Positions 50,006-64,000 of a stretch of 64,000 bases of DNA are shown here, piece after piece. The stretch lies in the NCBI RefSeq assembly GCF_009914755.1, contig NC_060941.1; one strand, 5' to 3'. Numbering within the stretch: the stretch's first letter is position 1; the number at the start of each line of letters is the position of its first letter. Position numbers and translations under genes: made by a program. Source of the DNA: the human T2T-CHM13v2.0 reference genome, Homo sapiens. The notes under the pieces were generated by a model that was given only the letters and a program-made list of their open reading frames with translations, had not been told where the DNA came from and searched no databases.

Positions 50006-51302
50006 CTGTAACTAAAATAGCTTATTTAGAAATTTAAAAAAATAACTAATCAGGCTGTCTTGAATTTATTTCAGCTGACTTTCTGAGTTATTTGGAAGAA
50101 AATCCTCTAAAGTAGTTTCAAATTAAAAGACACTTTAAACAAAACTCACCGTAGTCTTGCTTTTTCATTTGAATTTACTCATTTTGGCCCTGTGACTTGT
50201 AAACTAAACTCATATTTCTACTACTGCAAAGTTAAGTGTTTTGTTTATGATTTTTAGAAGTTGTCATCTATTGATTTTTTTCTTCTGTTTGTAAAGGTGA
50301 ATGAACTATCCCAATGCTTACCTGTACCAGTGACTTTGCTTAATCTAAGATGTTGATCATTCTTTATGAAGGCTGAAAATGTTATCTAGAGGTGAAATTT
50401 ACAATGGAACTAAAAATGAGTGGCTAATGGAATAAAGGCCTGACATTTTTCTACCAATTTTTTTTTTTAAAATTTTGGGTGATATTCTTAAGTAAACTTT
50501 TTGCTGTATTTCAGGGTTTGGAAGATAACTTGAACCCATATATGATAGGTAAACTAAAAAATCCCCTAAATTTCTTAATCTTTGTTTCTAAAATATTTGT
50601 TTGTAAATTTGTTTAAAGACTTGAGACCTTAATTACTTGCTGAAGGTGATTGTTACTTTAAAACTAAGTCTATGAAATTAGGATTTAGTCCTTATCTAAG
50701 TAGGCTCTCTTTCTCTTTTTTAAATACTTAAATATTACAAGCTTTGTAATGGAAAGAAATGTTTCTCATCTTATAGTACAGAAGCAAAAATCTTAGTGGA
50801 GAATCGTTACCAATTTGGGGAATTTCAATGGTCATAATTTATATCATTGTTTCTGAATGCCATGTTCACACACTCAGATGATTTCTATTTATAACAATCT
50901 GGTATAAAATGGAACTCGTTAAAAAGATGATAGAAACCTTTTAGAAATATCTCTAGAAAGTGTACATGCTAATAAATCTTACTTAAAGATTTTTCATTTT
51001 AAAGATGTTATTTAAATTATCTCTGTAAATAACTCCAATAATATCTTTGAAGGGTATTTGGAATGGTTCCTTCCTGAAGATTGTAAGAGGTTAGAGTGCA
51101 CCATTTTATGGTATGTTGACCCCATGTTAATGATAGGAACCTCACAATTTATATAAAAATCAAATGCATCAATCAACACTTACTTAATGGCAATTTAACA
51201 ATATAATCACAGTATTTCCCCCTGTAGTCCCAGTCACACTGCAGTAGAAGCTAAATTCCTTCCCCAATAGATGCTGCATCGAAAAGGAAATACTGTACCT
51301 CA

Positions 51303-51660
<358 letters not shown>

Positions 51661-51819
51661 TTGCTCCTATTGTTATTGGTATAGTAGAAATGTCAGATTC
51701 TTCATGAAGGAAAGGAAAATTTCAAAAACCTGTACTGGTTCCCTGTAAAAATTGAGCACTTTGAGGGGAGGGGGAGTTCATTTTTGTGAAAAGGAAATGG
51801 GGCATAACATAAGAAAATT

Positions 51820-52174
<355 letters not shown>

Positions 52175-52256
52175 CTATGAGAGTTGTGAGTTAACATTTC
52201 CAAAGTTTTAACAAGGATGAAGAAATAGACCTTTTGGTGTATTCACCAAAAGAACC

Positions 52257-52367
52257 CTTGAGTCCTTTGGAGGGTGTAGTCAGTGTACCATTCCATCCAA
52301 TCGTTGCAATCACTTGAGCCCTTCGGAGGGTGTATTTGGCGTATCATTCCATCCAATCCTTGCAATC
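52257..52367. repeat. Two-copy 56-bp tandem duplication
   Basis: 52257-52311 vs 52313-52367, both cttgag.cc.ttcggagggtgta...cattccatccaatc.ttgcaatc. Confidence 0.85.
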
Positions 52368-53244
52368 CCTGACATTTTCTAACCTGTAAAGATGAAAAGA
52401 CTGAGGCCAGAGAGGTTGAGGCATCTTGCCCAAGGTTGCTCAGTGATGTATGACATCACTGGGACTGGCTCTTTGACAACTTGCTTGTGTTCCATGTATT
52501 ACCCCTGCATATCTGCCTCTGCGTTCTCTCTCTCCCCTTCTAAATTCCTGGTTTAATCTTGCCAGCTGGTTGCTAGATGTGACAGAAATATGTCGTGAGA
52601 GTGGATCTATCATTATTGTTATTTGTGGAGTGGCTTTGGCTGAATTGTATCTGGAGCACAGTTCAGGAGATAATCAGACCTGGGTTCTAGCCCTTACAGG
52701 GCCTTTGCATGCATGTCCTGCTCTTTTAATTTCTGAATTAACTCACATCTGGCCAGGCCAGTCTATGCTGGGCATTCTCACAGCCCTCTCCAAACAAAGC
52801 TGTCCTACCCACAGCTCCTGGTGAGAGGAGAGGTTCCAGGTTATTTCTGACCCACCCCTCCCTACCTCCTGCACCTTCCCCATCAGTCACAACTTGATTA
52901 TCTATAGATTGGTCAGAGACCTTTGGAGTAGGCTGAGACAGAAAGCTCTGACTAAAGAGAGTCATTAATGATTATCTAGGCCAAACTGATTCTCTTTCTT
53001 GGTAACTGGGACTGAGAAATATGAAGAGAATTAGGCTTGGGAGTGGAGGAGAGAGAAGAAAGCAATGAATTAAATTCCTAAATTAAATTCAGGGAGCAAT
53101 GAATTAAATGCTTCCTGCTACTTTAGGTAGCTCCTGCTAATATCCGCCTGAAACACAGAGAGCTGAACTAGATTCCCTGGAGGGTCAGTCCTGGCAATCT
53201 GCATTTTAAATAGGTCTGCCAGCATTTCTTATGCACCCTAAATA

Positions 53245-53815
53245 AAGCAGCACTGTCCAGTGGAAATATAACACAAACCACAAATGCAAACCACAGATGT
53301 CCTTCCAAACTTTCTAGTAGCCATATCAAAAGATTGAAACAAAAAGAAGTGAAATTAATTTTACGACTATATTTTATTTAACTTGATATATCCAAAATGC
53401 AGCAACCCATATAAAATGTTAATGAGATCTTTTACATTATTCTTGATACTGTCTTTGAAATCCAAGTGTATTTTATACTTACATCGCATCTCAGCTTGGA
53501 ACAGCCACATTTAAAGTGCTCAATAGCTGGGCACAGTGGCTCACCCCTGTAATCCCAGCACTTTGGGAGGCTGAGGCGGGAGGATGGCTTGAGCTCAGGA
53601 GTTCAAGACAAGCCTGGGCAACATAGAGAGACCCAGACTCTACAAAAAAAAAAAATTAAAAAATTAGCCAGGAGTAGTGGTGCAAGCCTGTAGTCCCACC
53701 TACTTGGGAGGCTGAGGTGGGAGGATCACTTGAGCCTGGGAAGATTGAGGCTGCAGTAAGCCAGATCACACCACTGCACTCCAGCCTGGGCAACAGAATG
53801 GGACCCTGTGTCAAT
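53245..53815. mobile_element. MER3-like hAT MITE (53245-53525) followed by a J-like Alu (53526-53815, +)
   Basis: cagcactgtccagt...agccacatttaaagtgctcaatagc; Alu consensus. Confidence 0.75.
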
Positions 53816-54799
53816 AATTTGAGACATAATAATAAATATTTATTTATTGAGACAGACAGAGGGGATAGGATTTAGAAAGGTATTTTACAGGCATGTGAGT
53901 AATGCAGTAAACTATTTCTAGATCTCAAATTTTATTTTTCAAGGAAAAAATATTATTACTTTCCTTTACAAAAATACTACCCTTTATTTAAATAAAACAG
54001 TAACAATACCTCATTAAAGGCTATGGCATATATAAAATTGTGGGGTCCCTACAATTCTTGGTGCATGGACTGAGATTATGATGGAGATTGTCATAAATCC
54101 ATTATAGTTATTAGAAAAGTAAATAATTTAAAAATGTTGACTTTATTAAAAGGAGAAAGCTTGTTATAACACATCTCACAAATGCCAAAATACTGTGTTT
54201 GGGGACCCTGGCTCCAGGGACATTCGTGTGTCTGTGTGTCTGCACACTGAAATCACTTCTGGAACTTTAAAAAATGGTGATGACTGTGTCCTCCTCCCAG
54301 AAAATCTGATTTAATTGGCTCAGGACGGGGCCTGGGCATCAGAATTTTTGAAAACTTCCCAGGAGTCTAATATGTAGCAAAGTTTGAGAGCCATTCTGAT
54401 AAATGTAAGTTTTCTTCCACTCATTTATCCCTCTCTCTTCAGCCAGAGGAAACGAGTTGTTGGTACAATCATCTGAAGTTAAGATTCCTGCAGTTAAATA
54501 TTGGCAAGTAGTTCATGCTGCAGCTATCACAACTCTGGGTGCATAGGCTCAGGCAGACCTTATTGCTTTATTTTTCTTTTTTCATGTTAATCTTTATTTT
54601 GAGTTCCTATTCTATGGAGGATGTGTGTTAAATCTCATCATCTCAGTCTCTCGCCTTTTCTCCAAAGCATTGCATCTAAGTTTTAGGGGAGCTTATATAG
54701 TTGTGACCTGGGGCGGGGAGCATATTGTCCTTAGTGTCATCTGTCCAAGCTGTGTTCACTGAGACAGTCATTATTCTTCCCATCTGTCCCATTATCGTT

Positions 54800-57760
<2,961 letters not shown>

Positions 57761-59966
57761 CCAGCTGCTCTCTCCCATATTTCTTTCCATGCTTAAGGGC
57801 GTAAGAGTCATTCTGATGCTTCTGTGTGCCTGTGGCATGGAAATATCAGGTGGACTGTGGCTCCATCTGCCCGGACACACTGTGCAGCCATAACCTATTT
57901 GGCTCTTGTCCCTTTCCTGAGGTTACAATCCAGGAAGTAAGGCACAGTTCTCCTAAATAGTTCCCCCAACTTACCTCCCGTTTTGCTGCTTTGTAGGGGC
58001 TCTGACTCAGAAGCAGGACCTGGGGCTCCCCTCTCAGGGACCCCGCTTTGCCCTTCCTCAGCAATCCTTTTTTTCTTCCCTCTCCTTTCAGTCCAAGGTA
58101 AGTTCTATTCTTGAGGGTGGGACGGAAAATCCTGCTTTTACTACTGGAACCTAAGCTCCAAGACCTGTCTGCTCACTGCTGGATCACCACTTTCTAGCTC
58201 TGTGCCTAGCACAGAGAAGGCAGGCAATAAACAAGCGCCAAATGAATAACGTTTCTTTAGGACATTTTGTGTGGGCCCTGAGTCCTCTTCATTCTAAGAC
58301 TAGACTGAAGGAACACATTGCTTTTGTTTCATCCTCCCCTGAGACAATGAGCACAGATTAATTTATTTGCCTGAAGAAGGTAAAGGAAATGAATTACCAG
58401 AAGGATGGTAAGTGGCTCAAAAACACTATAGTCCCCAAATTTGTAGTGTTTACAAACACAAGCAAATCAGACAGGCACCCATCATTCATCTTGGTGAATT
58501 TTTATGGAGTGATTTCCTGGGAGTTTGGAATTAAACTCTGGGAGAAATAACATCTTTTCTAACCTGTTTGTCCTTAACAAATGTGGCACACTCAAGAATT
58601 TGAGTTTTGCTTTGAAGAGGAAAAAATATTAAAAAGGAAAATAATGGATTATTTTTATGTAATGCATTTGGGCACATACATTTCACCCTGTAAATCAATC
58701 TTGTACACAAGGATGTCAAACTCAAGCCATTTAATGTTTTTCCTGTCCTGCACATAAATGTTGTGATCTGTTTTTATTCTAAAAAGTATAAAAGATAGAA
58801 TGATGGCAATGTAAGTTTATATTAAGTGTTTTTTTCCTTCCAGGAAGTTGTAAATATGAATCTGTTTTCTTCAGCTAGACAGAACACTCCAATTGATCTT
58901 TTATAATCCCAAAGAGCTTGGGTATTATTTTATTTATGAAGCATAATTTCTTTAGCAGCTTAGGATTTTGTGACTCCCTCTTCTTAATCAAGCATGCATT
59001 TTCATAGGATTATAAAGGCATAATTAGTCAGCAAATAAAGGCTTTTTTTTAAAACTTAAAAAATTGCTATAAATGACAGGGCTTTACTGGCTTATATCCT
59101 TTTTGTTATATTATTGATTTTTCTACTCATAGGAGCAGGCCTCTACGTGATATCATTTAATCTTTTGTTTTATATATAAGTTAAGACTATAATTAGACGA
59201 TAAAGAGTTTTGTGTGGGAATATGTTTGTCAGCATTTTTTAGCATGTTTTCAGAGTATGTGAGAGATGCTTACATGCCTTTCTATACACACTGAACATGC
59301 ATTTCACATGAACTGATTAAGCAGAGTACATTATACATGCAATCTTAGTCCTGGCAGATGCTCACTTCATTCTTTGCTGCTGTAACTCAAGGGCAAAAAG
59401 CAGGGCAGTTTTGCCAATCAAGGACTTTGCCATTGGGTCCTATTTTCTCTGGCATCTTCCAGATACTTCCAGGTGCTTCTCCTTCTTACCTTGTTTTTTG
59501 AGGCCCAATACACACAGATGGTCAAAATGAGCTTTACTAGATAGAGGGTGAGCTCATTTTAGAACACCCAGTTTATACAATTTTGGTGTATTACAATTCA
59601 TGATTTTTTTTCTAGCTTAGCAGACTATAGGCATCTTCCAAAACTATTCAGAATTTTCTCCATTCCTTTTTTATCTGGAGTGCGTTAAGTCCCAATCTTT
59701 GAAGTCATAGTTGTAGGTTGAAACTGTGCTCCCATCTACTCACTTGAGCTACAATATTTACGTCTCCTTTCAAATCTCTAGAAGGGAGGTCTTTGTTGGG
59801 TTCTAAGTACATTGTCTTCACCAATTTGACAGGTGTTCCCTTAGCTCTTCCTGTCTTTGAAATATTGATTTTTCTAAACCTGCTTTCTATAACTTACGAC
59901 ATTGGCCCTGCTGTCTTCTATTCTGTGTCCTGATACTCTAGTCTTAGTCATTTCTCTGCATCTTAG

Positions 59967-60330
<364 letters not shown>

Positions 60331-60989
60331 TCTTGAATTTTCCCTCTGTTGTCTTTTCTCTTTTTGAAAATTTTTATTTTGTTTAAAAAAATTTCTACTT
60401 AGGTCATTCTCACAGGCTTTCTGCCCTGCATATCAATTTTTAGCACCCTGACAGTATTCCCTGGACCCTCACCCCTTAACATTGCCCAAATCTTCCCAGG
60501 AATGCAGCTGTGAGCTTTCTTCTCCTCAGCCCAGACTGTACAGCATTCTGGACTTTATGATGTTCCATAGCCATTATTCAGTGGTTTATAAACACATGTT
60601 TTTAGTCATTCAAAAGCCTTTTTCATTTTTAGCTAAACTTTTGAGGTAACTGTGGATTCAGTTACTGTAAGAAACAGTACAGAGCAATCCCACATATCCT
60701 TTACTGAATTTCCCCGATGGCAACAGCTTGTAAAACTAGAGGACCATATCACAACCAGGGTATTCACACCAATGCAGTCAAGATACAGAACATTTCCATT
60801 GCAACAATGAGCTCAAGGAAGGGCTTTCTCTCAACGTTGGCTCTGGCTCACGGTCCCTCGCACCATGAAGGACACAGAAGGAACCAGACCCTGACCCTGC
60901 CGCACTGCTCCAATTCAGGGTAGAATTGCGAAGTGCCACAAGTAAGGCATCTCTGAAGAGGAAGTAATTGCCTTTTTTTTTTTTTTCCT

Positions 60990-62162
<1,173 letters not shown>

Positions 62163-62269
62163 TAGGCAATTTATTTTAAGATATGTAACATTTCTCATTT
62201 GTAGTTTAACCCACACATGGGACCCTGTTTTAGACAGGTGGCAGGGGGTCTGCCTGGAAATTAATTTTA

Positions 62270-62727
62270 AAAAATCCAAGTGAAATTCACGCAACGTAAA
62301 ATTAACCATTAAAAAATGTACAGTTCATTGGCATTTAGTACACTCACCATGTTGTGTAACTAACACCTCTGTGTAGCTTCAAGCTATTTTCATCACCCCC
62401 AAAGAAAACCCAACCCATGAAGCAATCATTTCCTATCCTCCCATTCCCCCAGCCCCTTCAAACCACCAATTTGCTCTCTGTGGATAGCAGCACTATTCAT
62501 CATAGCCAAAAGGGGGAAGCAACCCAAGTTTCCATCAATGGGTAAATGGACAAGCAAATATGTGCTACGTACATACAATGCAATGTTATTAAGCCATAAT
62601 AGGGAGTAAAGTACTGATGCATCCTAAAAGGTGGACAAACCTTGAAAACATTACACTAAATGCAAGCCGGACCCCAAAGGTCACGTCTTATATACTTCTA
62701 CTTATATGAAATATCCAGAATAGGTAA
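62270..62727. mobile_element. Old L1 (L1MB-like) 3'UTR with internal inversion
   Basis: 62270-62484 minus-strand L1 end; 62485-62727 plus-strand adjacent L1 segment. Confidence 0.7.
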
Positions 62728-64000
62728 AAAAAAAATTGTTTTTTGGAGGGTACATTTTAGCACATTTGGGAAGACATTTATATGGTAGACTTTGAACCCT
62801 TATGGGGGATGGTGTGGAGTGTTTTCTGGGAAACAGAATTAGTAAAGTGGAAGAGGCAGGAAATAGAAAACTTAAGGGGTGGCCGATGACAGAGGAAGCA
62901 AGAGTTTACAGAAATCCCTCCTCCTGGCTTTCAACGCCCACCCTACCTGAGCAAGCTTGTGTCTCAGTGTGAAGTTTCTCTGACAACAGGGACTGGTCCC
63001 TGTCCAGTCTTGGATATATGCCCTGCACAACTCTTGTAATAGTAACAGTCTAGTCCTCAGAATCAAACATTTAGTTTAACTTTACGTGTTTGAAATGCCT
63101 TGAATGCAGGACCCCGCTTTAGTTTTCCATTTTCACCCACTCTGGTAGCCTCCCTAGAAAGACTGCGTGGACAGCTTGAGGACACCTGTGCAGATCATGA
63201 TCAAAGGGACCACGTAGTTCTAGTTTTTAAATAAAGTTCACGTATCTTTTTGTATTATTTTTGCTAATTATTTGCCTTTACCCAACGGCTTGAATGATTG
63301 AACTCTATTTTCAGGCTTAAATATTCCCTCTGCACTGCTGCAACTGGCCGGATAAATGTGCCTACTCCAGCAGCAAGCTCTCCACATCCCGTCCCCCTTT
63401 CTGTCTCCTCCTTACTTCATGCCCCCACTGCCTCCTTAGTTTTCAGCTGCCAGTGCAAAGCACCCCAGCTTTCTCTAGGCTGTGCTCTGCTCCCTGACAG
63501 CTGCTGTTCTCTCCCCATCCCTCTCTTCTTCCCTTGCTTTCAACTTCCCAGCCAGTCTGAGTATTTGAGCACCTTCCAGCTGCTTCACTGTTGTGTCATG
63601 CCGGGGGCCATGTTGCACAGCCGCGGCACACATGTATATCCACGGGGACTCCTTTCTGAGCCTACTGGGTGCATAGAAACTGGTGTTCCAGAAGTGTACA
63701 GTTGAGTTTTTGACAAAGAGAAATTTTACAAACAAAATTGTGGCTGTACAAATTTTTTTTTAAAATTATATTTTCCCATTGGCTTCACGGAAGAGATAGC
63801 ACCTGACCTTGGCTATTAAATGCACAGTATTTAAAATATATGGATTAACAAAATTTTATTTGCTCACACCTTTAAGTGGGGTTAAATATACTTGGTAATT
63901 GTTTTCTTCTTAACCAGATTGTCCTTAAGGGCAAAGAGTGCGTGTCTTACATTTCTTTAAAATTTGCCCCATTTCCGTCGTCCCACCAGCCCCTTAGACT

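Overview
Human-type (Alu-rich) genomic DNA. From the translated exons I recognise it as the chr17q21.2 SMARCE1-KRT222 locus at the edge of the type I keratin cluster. Two complete minus-strand genes can be assembled by hand from GT-AG exons. SMARCE1 (BAF57, HMG-box SWI/SNF subunit) has a non-coding exon 1 in a CpG island at ~34.15-34.25 kb and 10 coding exons totalling 1236 nt (411 aa); its 3'UTR runs to ~14.1 kb or ~11.3 kb. KRT222 (truncated type I keratin-like) has 6 coding exons totalling 888 nt (295 aa) at 42.8-51.5 kb. The rest is intergenic or intronic DNA with Alu, MIR, L2, L1M, MER/hAT and LTR remnants. No prokaryote-type system (CRISPR etc.) is present, and most ORFs in the track are Alu/L1 or chance ORFs. 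The best leads are post-transcriptional. In SMARCE1: an Alu-free stretch covering introns 1-6, NOVA/RBFOX/PTBP-type motif clusters, candidate poison exons, and an intronic poly(A) site. In KRT222: a strong overlapping uORF, a fossil keratin exon-4 acceptor, candidate poison exons, and a 3'UTR splice donor that could join it to SMARCE1. Repeat coordinates and subfamily calls are by eye and approximate.
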